From the human T2T-CHM13v2.0 reference genome, Homo sapiens: a stretch of 64,000 nt of DNA. Under the pieces are notes generated by a model, which worked only from the letters and a program-made list of their open reading frames with translations, did not search any database and was not told the origin of the DNA. Shown one piece after another: positions 39,961 through 55,100 of the stretch. A program made the position numbers and the translations under genes. How positions within the stretch are numbered: position 1 is the stretch's first letter; each line of letters begins with the position of its first letter. The stretch lies in the NCBI RefSeq assembly GCF_009914755.1, contig NC_060927.1; one strand, given 5' to 3'.

Positions 39961-41954
39961 GTCACAAAGGTAAACAGGAAAGAGAAACTGTATTAGGAGA
40001 TAGAAGACCTGGATTCTAAGTCTTGTTCACTCACTAACTACTTGAACAACTGGATAACGAATCTCTTTGGTCCCAGGTGATTAAGAAGTAAGTAGACTAA
40101 ATGATTTAAGAAGACTTATGTGGTCCCAATTATGCTCAGAGAGCTTTATCTCTCATCTCAAATCAACTCCTAGTCCCATCATGCATATGGCTTTTAAAGT
40201 TATGAGTCTCCTACTCAGTATTAATAGATTAATCCCTGGCTTCTATAACTGAGCAATGACTCACTCCCATTACTATCTCCCTTGTACTGTATTTTCCATA
40301 GGCACCTACACTTGCCCCTTCGTGTATACTTCTTCCTGTCCTTAACATTTAACCTTAATCATTAACTGTTGAAAGAATGTCCTAGAGGGTCTCATAATTC
40401 TTATACTATTTAGCATAATTAATTTTATCTAAAATATTCCTTAATCAAGCCCACATCTAAACCTTTAGTGATCCCTTTCCACCATTTCTTGCAGGTCTAA
40501 ATTTGTTAGCCTACCATTCAAATATCTCTCTTCTGTTTTCCTTTTGTTATCACTCCATTCACTCCACTTGAAGAAAACAAAATCCTCCAAGTATGCTGAT
40601 CTTCCCACTGGTTTAAAAAAAAAAAAAAAAACAACTATCCGAAACTTGAAAATGAAGTAAAAGGGTGAGTACCATGTCCTTTAAAACTCATTTGGAGTCA
40701 TTACTTCAAAGGTCCACTCAAGGATTATTTAGGAGTATATACCTTGTTCAAATTATGTTTATCATTAAAGACCTAGATGTAGTGGAGTCACATGTTAACA
40801 TGTAGATTTTTGTCCAGTTGAAAACATAACCCCCATGGTTACCACTTATTATCTCATAGAACATTACCTGGTTTTGTATTTAACCCAGGAATCACATCCT
40901 ACCTTTGCTTTATTAAATTAGTAAACATCTCTAGTTCCTCAAATGGCCTTGGAACCAGCCATGTCACTATACTAATTTCCTCATTAGTTAATGAGATGAG
41001 TAAAGTCTTTCCCATATTTATTTTAAATCTGTAAAACTGCTATGTTTTTAACTTTTTGAAAACTATACTATTTTAACACTAATCTCTTTTTTAAAAGTTT
41101 TGCTCATTTTTCTTAACATTGCTCAAACTGCTGTACCCTCTCAAGAATATCTTCCACTTCTCCATGCTAATCAAGATCCTACCTTTCCTTCAAGTTCTTA
41201 TTCCAATCATATTTCCTTGAAAAGATCTTTAAACTGACCAGGTATTTTTAGCCTGCATTATTACTTCTGCTTCTTTGTAATTTTATTTACTTTTAAATGT
41301 TTATTTTGGATTTTTTGACTAGATGAGAGTCCAGGCAACAAGCATGCTATTGAATTTTAATCATAACAAAAGCATTTTTAAACACTGATATTTATGGATA
41401 CACAAAAAAATGACTATGGTATGGCAATTCTTAGAACTTTTAGAAAACATAATAATGTATATCTTTATATTTCATAGAATATTACAGAGTACAAAAAGAG
41501 TGGGAGGATTGAACAAGGAGCCATTCAACATCAAAAATACATTAATTAGCAAGTTTACTACTTTCCTAGACCTGCTTAGTCAAAATCTGGAAAACACTTT
41601 AAATAAAGTCTTTGCACAGCGAAAAAGGATCAGCACAGATAGAGAGTGCCAGACACAGCTGCAGAGTCAGCCTTTTGTAAGAAGTTCATTTTTAGAGAAT
41701 CACTTGTAAATTTATGTAGCACCACATCACTTTCATCTCAAAAGGAAAAACACGCTGCTGCCGTTCCCAGGGATGGAAGGGTGGGTGCTTTCCTGCACTC
41801 ACTCCCCTATAGGTCAAGGTTTTTCTATGCATGTATTTGTTTAAGATCTTCTACCTCAACAGCAAATGTCAGGACAGCTCCACATTAGCACAAAACAATG
41901 GGAAAACTCAATTCTGATCAATTATATTTTCCTTAAAAATTATTTTCATTTATG

Positions 41955-41994
41955 GACAGCCTGGGCAACATAGTGAGACCCTGACTCTAGCAAA
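41955..41994 (+). mobile_element. Very short Alu fragment
   Basis: cagcctgggcaacatagtgagaccctgactcta, flanked by tattttcatt on both sides. Confidence 0.75.
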
Positions 41995-42249
41995 TATTTT
42001 CATTATTAGCTAGTTGTTTCAGCTGGAATCATAATTTAAAGACACCACCCAAAATAAAATTATACATAAAAATTAATTCTACATAAAAATTCTACATAAA
42101 AAATAATCTAGAACAAAAGAAAACTATCCTCACTCCAAGCCCTTTAACCAGGTTTTTTATTCTGGAGAGTTCCTGGAAGTCTAGGCTTAGGGGTAGATGA
42201 AGAGCAGTGTTAAAATCAGGCTTCGGGAACCAGGAAGTTTTGTGTGCCT

Positions 42250-42845
42250 TACCCTTAGAACATGACAATAGTTTCCTGTCTCATCTCCAAGGCTTTGTTC
42301 TCTTACTTCCAGCTCCATCTTCCTATAGCGTCATCTGATAATGTCACCCAGAAACCTTCAGTAGCTACTCACTAGTTCCCAAAGAGAATCTAAATTTCCC
42401 ATCCTGCCTTTCAAGACTTTCACAATTAATCCCAAAGCACCTCTCCCACTTACATTTCTCCCAACAGACCTGTATAAGACAAACACTTCAGCTAAATCAA
42501 TATCCTCCAACATACCTTTTATTTCTTCATGTCTATACCTTATTCTTACTCTCCCCTTTGCTTGGCACACTATTTACCAACCATCTCTGCTTACTATTCT
42601 AGGTTCTACTCAAATTTCACATCATCCTCAAGATCTTCCCTATAATCGTCATTACTCTTTGCTTCTTTTCTTCAATTCCTGTAGCTTTTATCCTGTGTAT
42701 TATTCTGTTGCATTAATCATATAATAGGCATATGTATTATCCCTCTTATAAGATGAGAAGGACAGCAATCACATCTTACATACTGATCACTTGCCCTCCG
42801 ATCATGTAATAGGCACTCAATAATTACGTGCTGAATGAATGAACT
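42250..42845 (+). mobile_element. L2 3' fragment
   Basis: Terminus taggcactcaataattacgtgctgaatgaatgaa. Confidence 0.65.
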
Positions 42846-43179
42846 GCAAAGAAACTGTAATCTCCATGTTGTGTGCTGGTTTTATGAATTCAATTTTTAC
42901 AAGCTGGGGTTGATCTTTCACCAAATTTGTACTTTTACCCCATAATATAACAAAAAAATATTTTTTAGTGAATCAAGTTCATCAAAATTTGACAAGTCTA
43001 TAGAATGCTAGTTAATTCATACCAGCCTCTTGGTTTGACCTAAACATGACCCTCTGAAAATGGGGTACCTAATCTGGATGATACCATGTTCCTCTTCCAG
43101 GAAAACTGTGTAACAATTTCAATGAAAAGTTTAATGGCCTAAAGAACCTTCAGAAAAATCTGAGAAGTCAGAGCCTCTG

Positions 43180-43577
43180 ACACAGGTTGGACTTAGGATT
43201 TTTGTGCAGGATGTTTATTGAGAGTGCTCTCAGAAACAATATCTTCAAGAGCAGAGAAGGAAGCAGGACTGGGCAGTGGAAGAAGCTAGGCAGCAACACA
43301 GTCATAATGAGCCTCTGATCGCAGTAGGAGCTCTGGGGCGAGGCTGACCCTGTTCATCCCAAGAGAGAACCATATCTTTACACCCATGAGTCGATCAATT
43401 ATGAATGTGGGCTTCCTGAGAAGGAAGCATCCTTGGTCAAGGTGGTCTCTTCCATGGAGGCAGTTCTCAAAGAGAGCTGAGGAGACCTCTCAGCACTCAA
43501 TCTTCCCAGCAGCTGGGAGAATAAATTCTCCAGTGCTCAAGTAGAGAGTTTGGCCAGCACAGTCCAGCAACCACAAC
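43180..43577 (-). mobile_element. LTR16C-like ERVL solo LTR
   Basis: gtgcaggatgtttattgagagtgctctc, gaaggaagcaggactgggcag, cttcccagcagctgggagaat (reverse of LTR16). Confidence 0.7.
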
Positions 43578-45431
43578 TAAATCTAAATACTCATACAGCT
43601 AATGTTGTTTTCATCAAGTCCTAGAGTGTTTCATTTCATTTTGTTTTGTTTTGTTTTACATACCTTAATTCTATAAGGCAAAAGACAGTTGTACACTCCC
43701 CTATTTCTCATGCAACATTCCTGTACAAGTCTGAAACATATATTGCAGTGCTTTTCCCAACCACAGCAGTTTTTATTCCCAAAACAAATTGAATGTGTGT
43801 TTGTATCTCTTCCTTTACTCTCATGGTCATATTGCAAGAAGAATGATAAATGGAAAGACTTACATTTAGAAAGCAATGAGGGAAAAGGGGGAAATGTTTT
43901 CTGAGTCACTTCAGGAAACTTCCTTTTGTTACAGTTAGGCATGCATCTAAGGCAATATTTTAAAATACAAAGCATTTTGAAGAGTCAGCAAATATCTAGC
44001 CAACTTGGACAAACGGGATGATGCAGAGTCCTGCATGGATTTATTTGCCCTTTTGCACTAATTCCTTAGTTTTGGTGTCTTTACAATAGAGTCTATAAAG
44101 CACTTTTACATACATTGTTTGTCGTTTTCTCAAGAATTCTGTAAAGTAGCCAAAGATTAAAATTATCTCTATTTTAAAAGTTACAGACTATGACCCAGAG
44201 AGCTGAATTGATCTTTTTCAACCGCACATAGATAACAAGGAGAAGAGTGACTCCTTAGCCTAGCTGTTCAAAGCATATTGACTTGACTAGCATCACACCA
44301 GCAGGGACCAACTACCATACTGCCATCCACTGTAAGACCGTCACAAATCATTGGTTAGAAATGACACGTGAAGCTTGCAAATAATTTACTTTTACATGTA
44401 AGGAGGAGTAGTCTGCATAAAAATATATCTCTTGCTCGTCTTGTTCTGAAATGTTTTCTCCAGTAGAACAAAATTGCTATAGAAGGAACAGTAAGACTTT
44501 GATAAGCCTATGGGAGTGTGTCTGGCATATGAAGCTCGTTTATCAAGTGAGTCTTGGTGGCATGTTGTACTGCATCACCCTGCCTCTAAGATCTATGACC
44601 ATGTCTCCTCCTTTACATTTGCCACCGTACACAGCTCCTGAGTTTTGACCTCACCTCTAAAACTCTTCTTCAAGACAGAGTTAACCATACATTATTTATC
44701 CTAAAACTACTCGTTAGCTGCTTGCAGCTGCTTACTCACCACAGTTAGTAAAGCTCAACATCTCCTCTTCTCCACCCTATCATGCCTATTTTTATTCTTT
44801 CGCAACCCTAATTCTGTGACATGACATTTCATTAGTAAAATGTTTATGATGTCTAAAAGTACCAAACTCAGAATAGCAATGAGAATATTTATCTATTAGC
44901 AATTACAGAATCCAACCCACATATCAAAGTCCCGTGTTTCAACTACATGAGGGAGAAACAGGAATCAGAAAAGGAAGGCAACAGTAATCACCAACCAAGG
45001 GCATTGCAACATTTCTAAAAATACATTGGCCATGTTTTGAACACAACTGTGCTTTTAAGAAACAATAGCATCCGAAAGAAAAATGGATGTCTAACCAACA
45101 AACTCCAATTAGTCATAACAAACTAACGACCTTGTCATAGTATATATCAGAATAAGAAATGATCAGAAATCTTTCTGAAGAAAATCTTTCATCCTTTCTT
45201 CAACAGGAGATTCATACTTCTTGCTTACATAAGACTAAAAATAAATCATACAGGCCATCTGATATTGTTACTAAAGCAATAATAAAATTTATTTTTTAAC
45301 AAGCTGATTTCAAAATACAGTCAAATGAACAGGTGCTCCTTTTAAGAAAAGTCACTTAGAAAGCTATACAGAAGGTGAGTTTAGCTTAGTGAAACTGATT
45401 TCAAATGCTACACATAAAAATTAGTCTCCCC

Positions 45432-46647
45432 CTATGAAAAGGTGCTCAGCATCATCAGAGAAATGCACATCAAAACTACAAGATATCATCTTATTCCAGT
45501 TACAATGGCTTTTATCCAAAAGACAGGCAATAATAGATGCTGGTGAGGATGTGGAGAAAAGGGAACTCGTGTACACTGTTGTTGGAAATGTAAATTAGTA
45601 CAGCTACTATGGAGAACAATTTGGAGGTTCTTTTAAAAATTAAAAATAGAACTAAAATATGATCCAGCCATCCTACTGCTAGATGCATACTCAAAAGAAA
45701 AAAAATCAGTATATTGAAGAGATATCTATACTCTTAGGTTTACTGCAGCACTATTCACAATAGCCAAGATTTGGAATCAACCCAAATGTCCAGCAACAGA
45801 CAAATGGATAAAGAAAATGTGTTACATATACACAATGGAGTACTATTTAGCCATAAAAAGAATGAGATCCTGTCATTTTCAATAATATGGATGGAACTAG
45901 ACAATATTGTGTTAAGTTAAATAAGCCAGACACAGAAACAAATTGCATGTTCTCACTCATTTGTGGGAGCTAAAGATTTAAACAATTAAACTCATTGAGA
46001 TAGAGAGTAGAATGATGGTTACCAGAGGCTGGGAAGGGCTGGGGGTGAGGAAGCGGGGATGGTTAATGGGCACAAAAATATAGTTAGAATGAATGAGATC
46101 TACTATTTGATAGCACATCGGGGTGACTATAGTCAGCATTAATTTGTTGGACATTTTAGAATAACAGAAAGTACATTTGGAATGTTCTTAACGTAAAGAA
46201 ATGGTGAATGCTTGAGGTGATGGACACCCTATTTACCCTAATGTGATTATTACATATTGTATGCCTGTATCAAAATATCTCATATAGGCCAGGTGCACTG
46301 GCTCATGACTGTAATCCCAGCACTTTGGTAAGCTGAGGTGGGTGGATCACCTAAAGGTCAAGAGTTCGAGACCAGCCTGGCCAACATGGTGAAATCCCCT
46401 CTCTACTAAAAATACAAAAATTACCTAGGCATGGTGGTGGCTGCCTATAATCCCGGCTACTAGGGAGGCTGAGGCATGAGAATCACTTGAACCCAGGAGG
46501 CAGAGGTTCAGTGAGCCAAGATCACGCCACTGCACTCCAGCCCGGGCAACAAAAGCAAAACTCCATCTCAAAAAATAAACAAAAATCTCATGTACTTCAT
46601 AAATATAAATACCTACTATGTATCCAAAAAAATTAAAAACAATTTTT
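45432..46647 (+). mobile_element. 5'-truncated L1MA (L1MA2-like) with nested Alu
   Basis: Late ORF2 plus L1MA 3' UTR, with perfect 17-bp TSD TAAAAATTAGTCTCCCC (45415-45431 and 46648-46664). Confidence 0.92.
46287..46585 (+). mobile_element. AluS nested in L1MA 3' UTR
   Basis: Dimeric Alu with TSD-like atctcatata/atctcatgta. Confidence 0.94.
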
Positions 46648-46769
46648 TAAAAATTAGTCTCCCCTTTGTAGTCTTATCTATGGCAATTATGCCTGTGATA
46701 TAGTTTTGGCCCAGAACATTTTGTAACTCCTTTTTGTTAACTATCTTCAGAGCAAGTAACAATAATTGC

Positions 46770-47000
46770 CAATCACTGAGCCCTTACCATGTGCCATGCA
46801 TTAGAAAAACCATTTTACACATGTAAATATAGCCTTTCACAACAGCTGGATGAAGTAGATATTATTTGTCCCGTGTTCCAGATGAAAAGAACTGGTGTTT
46901 ACAGAGGTTACACGATTTAAAATGCCCAAAGGCCCCAAGTCCCAAAGCCAGCAAGTGAGGAGCTAGTATTTGCACATAAGTCTTTCTCCTTCCAAATCAC
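46770..47000 (-). mobile_element. MIR fragment
   Basis: actgagcccttaccatgtgcca...cacaacagctggatgaagtagatattatt...cagatgaaaagaact. Confidence 0.65.
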
Positions 47001-48869
47001 TTGACTGCACAGTCACATATGTCACATCATGAAGTCAATCCAATTCATGACTTCACTCATTGCTAACAGTTTCACAAGCCTCTGTGGAGGGCTCAGGATT
47101 TTCCACACATCACTCCAAGAATACCAAAATGTGAAAGACAATGTCACCAGAAGACAGAATACAGGCCCTCCATGCGATTACAAGTGGATGAAGTTGGTTC
47201 TGATTAACACCTGACTTTCTCCAAAGGATAAATTCACCTGCAAAGGATAAAGCTTTGCCACCACTGGAGATAATTTAAAAACTGAGTGGGGATTGAGGGT
47301 GGGGTGGGTATGGAAGCCAATACTCAAAAGACAGTGCTTCAAAGATCAGTCACAAAGTATGCTGGAGAAGAACACCAGTATCACAATTACTGCAAGGTCT
47401 CCCAAGGTGAAGACTGTATGGGAGATGTTACTCACTTGAAATTCTGTCATATTTGTAGAAGTCCTGTTGCTTTGTGGTCACTACTTTTAGTTTGTGACAG
47501 TGATTTGAAAGCACTTTTAAGTTCATGAATTTATCCTTTATTAACTAAATGTATGAATTAGACTGCTCACAAAACCAGATTTCCTTGTGATTTTATTTGC
47601 TCTGAGTATTAACTGCAAGCTGGGCCTACTTGGCAAAGTTATATTTTCCCTTTGCAGATGTTTAATTGTAGAATATTATCTTAAATGCATATTAAATACT
47701 GATCTGTGTATACATACCCCAAAAGGGAGTATTAATTTGGTAGAAATTATAAAATCACATAAGTTATTGTTAGCCTTTTCTTTCAAGTAGAATATAAGAC
47801 AAATAAACAGATTTTAACATAACTTACAGACTTAGCAAATACTTTAAATTTGCATCCATTTGCAACACTTACTTTTAGTAATGGAGCCCAGGTGGGTATA
47901 GAACACACACCAAAGAATAACCAAAAAATGATTTCAGTGTGAACTGACTTCAGGTTTATGGTTGCATCCTCTCACACCCTTAAGAAAAAGTAATCCTTTT
48001 TCAGTGAATGAAAACTTTTGATTTTTACAAAATCAATAACACTGTTGCAGAAGATCACAAAATTCTCTCTCTTCTGAAATTAGAAAAATTCTGGGAGCTT
48101 ACTATTTCTGTATGAATACAGATTTCTGATGGCTAGGGAAAAATCAGGAGGTAAGACAAATGGATTTGCAACACTGACAATCAAACAAAAAATAAGGCAC
48201 TTTAAAATAATTCCAATAGTAGGTGATACGCACATTTCATTGTGCAATGTTTATGGGTTTGTCTGAGATTTTAAGATTTATCAGTTCTAATAGCCCAGGA
48301 TCAAGGGAATGGTTTCTCCTCTTTCACTTTCAAAGATTCCCTGTAAAGTCCACTTTTTCATGAACTGTCAGTCAGCATAGTCTCTATTGCTGAGAAATCA
48401 GTTGTATTTACTTATTCCCTAATGTCACTCAAAATAATGACTCAAAAGGGTAACTCAAAATGAAAGTAAATACAAACTATATGGATAACAGAAAGCTATT
48501 AAAACTTGGAGAAGTAAATTTTTTAAGTTTTATTCTTCCCAATGCAGTACTATAATATAACTCCTTGCAAATTACCAAACTGCAGGCAATCATTTGAGAA
48601 TGACTAAGTGCGTCTCTTTAAAGTGAAGGGAAAGAATTACAATAAGAGCAATAAAAAAGTCAGATATACAGATCTTTAAAATAATAGTTATTTACATTTT
48701 GTAGTTTGCCCAGGGTTTCCACTTATAATGTCTTCCTAGGGTAGATATTCTACCCTATTTTACAGGTGAAACTGAAATAAAAGAGAATATAATTTGTCCA
48801 AGTTTACATGATTTCAAAATGCATTAAGAACTGAAAATTAAACAGGTTAAACAGAGTTGAAGTGAATGA

Positions 48870-49020
48870 AAAGGAATTATTCAAACTAGACATATTTAAA
48901 TTCCTAGGCCCAGATAAATTACATCTTGGGCAACTAAATTATCATTCAAAGTCTTTAGACAATTATTAATTGCCATTTTGAGCATCTGTGAATTAGGACG
49001 GTACCTGGAGACTAGAAATA
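48870..49020 (+). mobile_element. CR1/L3 LINE remnant
   Basis: aaactagacatatttaaattcctaggcccagataaattacatc...gtacctggagactagaaa resembles CR1 ORF2 KSPGPDxLHP...VPEDWR. Confidence 0.55.
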
Positions 49021-49359
49021 TTTAAGAAATGTTTTAAAGCAACACTCGAGAAAGAATTTCCCCATTAATTATAGAAACTTATTTTATGTTCTTAGAAAAC
49101 TTATTTTATGTTCTTATTTTGTGCTGGATTACGAAAAATTAATGTCAATGAGGCAAGATTCTCAAAAATCCAGAGTACTTAGAAAATAAACTTCTTCATA
49201 AGTAACAAGTTAGCTCAGATAAATCTAACTTATTTCTAAATTATCAAAAATAAGAACAAGAAAGTGAAAATGGTAAGAATACATTTACTTTGATAGTTTT
49301 TCTTATTGTTATTTCACCCTAAATGAAGAAACACACAGGTAGAAATTATAATTCGAATT

Positions 49360-49378
49360 AGTCCACTAGGTGGTGTTC
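49360..49378 (+). promoter_or_regulatory. Candidate CTCF binding motif
   Basis: AGTCCACTAGGTGGTGTTC closely matches the CTCF core CCA(C/G)(C/T)AG(A/G)(G/T)GGCG, standing out in AT-rich unique DNA. Binding not shown. Confidence 0.6.
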
Positions 49379-52300
49379 TAAAGATTGGAGGACATCTTGG
49401 TGAGCAGAAGATCCTAAATGACAGCCTCGATGTATCATTACATAGCTTTGATTTTTAAATTGCTATAATCGTCAAAAATAAACACTATCTGATTATGAAT
49501 CATGTGATTCATAAACTTGCAATGGGACCAGGAAAAAATGTTCTTAGAAAGACTGGCTCTGGATACAATAAAAATAAATCTTTATATTCTCTGCCCTTGG
49601 CAAATAGAGAGGATTGGATGAGAAAGCCCTGCCTAAAAGTTTATACATAATCAAAGAACCCAGTAATTTCATAGCATTGCTTGCGCTTTGAGTCATGACA
49701 GACCTGACATTCATGGATAGGTACTTTAACAGCTATATCACACTGGTTGAATCATTAAAATACTTTCCTACCAGCTTATAAATAACTGCATGCTGACCAC
49801 CCAACCCCTGCCCATACCCCCCTACAGCCTAATCATCCTCAGATCCTCCTCTAGTACCTCTCTCATCTTCAACTAGCAATATTGACTCAGTATGAAATCT
49901 CTGGCATTGCTTCTATCTGGTTGTTAAATATTTTTAATAGTGCCCCTACATAGGCACCCAGAGTTGATAGGTTTATTCAGGGCATTTTAATAGCAGTTCC
50001 TTTAAATATGCAAAGGTTGGAAAAAGCCAAAGAAGAGTGAGCGAAGGTCTCAGAACTAAAGGGGCCCTAGTAACAATTTTTGGCATAAGGAATGAGAGCT
50101 AGAAAAAAAGGTACCCGATGAAAACCTCCCGATTGGCGCAGTGATGGAGGAAGTTGAAAGATAATTATGCTACTAGTCAATTTTAATTTTCTTGCTGAAT
50201 CATGAGATAATCCTCCACAGTTGCTCTCCAGAGAGTTTAAGGACTGGTGTATTGTGATGTATTACAGGTGTTTGGGGGAATAGAAATCAGTAAAGCAAAG
50301 TTTCATGGCTGGAAAAAATATGAAATCAGTGATAAGGGTAGAAGCAATAATGTAAACTATAGTACAAAACTACATCGTAAGATGGAAGATCAGTGAACTT
50401 GAAAACATAGCAATAGAAACTATCCAAAGTGAAACACAGAGAAAAAAAGACAATTCAAGACAATAAACAACTGTGAGGCAACTTCAGACGGCCTAATAAA
50501 CATGAAATCAGTATCCTGAACGAAAAAGAGAGAGGGGGGAAGACAGAAAAAAAAAAAATCTGAAGACTTAATAGCCAAAAGTTTCCCAAATTTGATGAAA
50601 ACTATAAACCCACGGCTTCAAGAAACATAGCAAACACCAAGCATAAGAAATATGAAGAAAGCTACACAAAGGTAAATCATAGTCTGAGAGTTCAGAAACA
50701 GTAATAAAAAGAAAATTTTAAAGTCACTCGTAGACAAAAAAGGGCATGATCCTTTTAGCAGGACAAAAAGTATGAGAGGAGATTACTCATCAGAAAGAAA
50801 TGGAGCAGCATTATCAAATTACCAAAAGTAAAAAACAAACAAACACAACTAAAATTCAATTCCTAATAAGAATATCTCTCACAAATCACATTAAAAAGCA
50901 AAAAGAATTTATCTCCAGTAGGTACATTACCAAAAAATAAAAATAAAAATTATCCTACAGGCAGAATGAAGATGATATCAGATAGTGATATGGATCTACA
51001 CAAATAAAGAAAGAGCGCCAGAAATAGTAACTGTGTGAGCAAATATTTTTTAAAACTTACTCATTATTTAAATATATTTAAAAGATTATGGACTGTTTAA
51101 ACAAAAATAATGTAGTATGGGACTGTAATATATATAAAAGTAAAATGCATGACAATGATAGCACAAATGCCAGGAGAAGAAAATCAGAAAGACATTGCTG
51201 AAAGAATCTTATAAGATGCATGAAATTATACAGCACCACTTAAAGGTAGATTATGGTGAGCTATAGATGTATACTATAAACTCTAAAAAAATTGCTAAAA
51301 TAAACAAAGTTACAGCTACGAAGCCATCAAAGAAAATTAAATGGGACCATAAAAATATATTCAATCAATTCAAAAGAAGGCAGAAAACGTAAAAAGAAGG
51401 AACAAAAAAACAAATGGAAAACAATTAGTATGATGATAGATTTAAACTCAACCATATCAACTGTAACTGGTCTAAATACCCATATCATAAGACAAAGATT
51501 ATTATATTGAATAAAAAAGCATGACTTAACTACATGCTGCCTACAAGAAACACACTTCAAATATGAAGATACAAATAGGCTAAAAGTAAAAAGATAGTAT
51601 AAGATATACCATGCTGGAAGTTATTTACAGAAAGCTGGAATGGCTATATTTATATGAAATCAGGTAAATTTTAGAGCAAAGAATACAAGCAGCAATGAAA
51701 AAGTTTATTTTATAATGATAAAGGATCAATTCATTAAAAGGGCATAATAATCCTGTTTATATAACTAACAACAACTTATGAATCTATAATGCAAGAACTT
51801 CATACAGCTGTATGAAGAATATACAGATCCACAATTATACCCAGATATTCCTTTCTCACTAATTGATAGAACAAGCAGACAAAAATCCAATAAAAATATA
51901 GAAGGCTTTATCAATACTATCAACCAACTTGTCCTAATTGATATTTTTAGAGCACTCCACCTACAAAATGCAGAATACATTCTTCTCACATGCACACAGA
52001 ACATTTATTATAATAGGCCACATTCTAAACCATAAAACAAGTCTCAATAAACTTTAAAAAATTCAAGTTATAAAAATATATTATCATCACAAATGAGTTA
52101 AATTATAAATCATTAACAGAAAAATATATAGAAAATCCTCAAATACTTAGAACCAAATTATACACTTCTAAATTACCTATGGATCAAAGAAGAAATCAAA
52201 ATGAAAATTAGAATTGTGAACTGAATTAAAATGAAAACATATCAAAATTAGTCAGATGCTACTGAAGTAGTACTTAGAAGAGAAATCTATAGTACCTATT

Positions 52301-53129
52301 GCCTATATTAGGAAAGAAAAATGGTCTCAAACCACCAATCTAAGCTTCTACCTTAAGAAACTAGCAAAAGAGGAGCAAATTAAATTCACAGTAAGTGGAA
52401 GGAAGGAAATAATAATGATCAGAGTGGAAATCAATTAAATAGAAAAGGGAAAAACAATAAAACAAATAGTTATTTGAGAAGATCAATTAGGTTGACAACT
52501 TCTAAACACGAAAAAAGAGAGAAAAAAAATTTCTAATATCAATAATGAGAGACGTTATATCACCAAAGATTCTGCAGATAATAAAAAGATAGTAAGGTAA
52601 CATTTCAAACAACCTTATGCAAATAAATTCAGCAACATAGAGTAAATGGACAAATTCCATGAAAGACAAACTACCAAACTACACTCAAGAAGATATAGCC
52701 TGAAAGCATTATGTCTATTAACAAAATTGAGTTTATAGGTTAAAGAATTCCTGCAAAGAAAACTCCAGGTACACTTGACTTTACTGGAGAATTCTGTTAA
52801 AATTTTTAAAAAGAAATAATACCAATTCTACAAACACTTTTTTCAGAAAACTGAAAAGGCAAGGATGTTTTCTGACTTGTTCTATGGGGCCAGCATTATC
52901 TTAATGCCAAATAAAGGCATTATTTAAAAACAAAAAAAACTAATGCCCAAAATCCCTTATTAACATGAAAGTGAAAATTCTAATCAAAATTTAGAAAATT
53001 AAATTGAAGAAGATATAAAATTGATGTCACGACAAAGTATGATCTTATCCCAATAATGTAAAGTTGGTTTAACATTAGAAAATCAATCAATATAAATTAC
53101 CATATTACCAAACGAAAAAAGAAAAACCA

Positions 53130-53495
<366 letters not shown>

Positions 53496-53847
53496 TCATG
53501 ATAAGAACTTTCATCAAACTAGGAATAGAAAGGAACTTCATCAACCTGACAAACACTCACAACTAATATTTTATTTGTATTTTAACGTCACGAGAAAAAA
53601 CTGAATTATTTTCCCTTAAGATAAAGAACAAGACAAGGCTCTTCACCCTCACGGCTTCTGTTCAGCATTGTACCAGAGGTGGTAGCCAGTACAATAAGGC
53701 AAACAATGAAATAGAATGCATCCAAGTAGAAAAGAAAAAAGTAAAACTGACTTTATCCAAAGATGACATGATTATCTCTGCAGAAAATCTGGTGGAATCT
53801 ACTAAAAAAAATTACTAGAACTAGTAAGTGGATTTTACAAAATGTCA

Positions 53848-54168
<321 letters not shown>

Positions 54169-55100
54169 TTGTTTTTCTATATACTAGCAGTGAAAACTCG
54201 AATATTGAAATTAAAAATTAGTGTTATTTATATAGCATCAAAATATATTAAATAATCAGGGATGGATCTTACAAAAAATATAAAACACTAAAAACTTTAA
54301 ACAATACTGAGAGAAATTAAGGAAGACCTAAACAACGGAAATATGGGAAATATATATTGAATTCGTGTGTTGAAAGACTCAGTGTCATTTCTCTCAAATT
54401 GATTAATAGGTTCAATATGTTCCCAATAAAATCCCAGCAATGTAGAAATTGACAAACACATTCTAAAATTCATATGAAAACACTAAGGACTCAGGGGAGG
54501 CAAAACAACTTGGAAAAAGAACAAAGTTGGAGAATTAACACTACCTCATTTCAAAACTTATTATAAAGCTACGATAATCAAAATAGTGGGATTAATATAA
54601 AGGTAGACAAATTCATCTGTGAAACAGAATGAAATATACAGAAACAGACTCATCCATATAGGAGCAGTTGATTTTTCACAAAGATACAAAGAAAAGTCAG
54701 TGAAGAAAGGACAGTCTTTTTGACAAATGATGCTCGGAAAATCGATGTCCATTCACACACACACACTGAAAAGAATTCATACCCCAGCTACATACAAATG
54801 TACAAAAAATAATTCAAAATGGATCTGTAAAAATCTTCTAGAAGAAAATAAAAGTTTTCTAGATACCACAAAGATTTTCTAGATTTTCTAGGCAAAGATT
54901 TTCTAGATACCACATCAAAAGCACAATCTATATAAGAACAAACTGGACTTCCTCAAAATTAAAAATTTTGCTCTTCAAAAAATACTGTAAAGAGAATAAA
55001 CAGAAGCCACAACTTAGGAAAAAAATTGCAAACTGTGCTTCTTATAAGGGGCTTGTATTTAGAATTTATGAAGAATTTATAAAGAATCATATATTGCTGG

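Noticed and set aside
45280-47280. Possible mariner (MARNA-like) fragments around the L1MA and MIR
   Set aside because: Only short, weak resemblances. Boundaries cannot be supported without a profile search.
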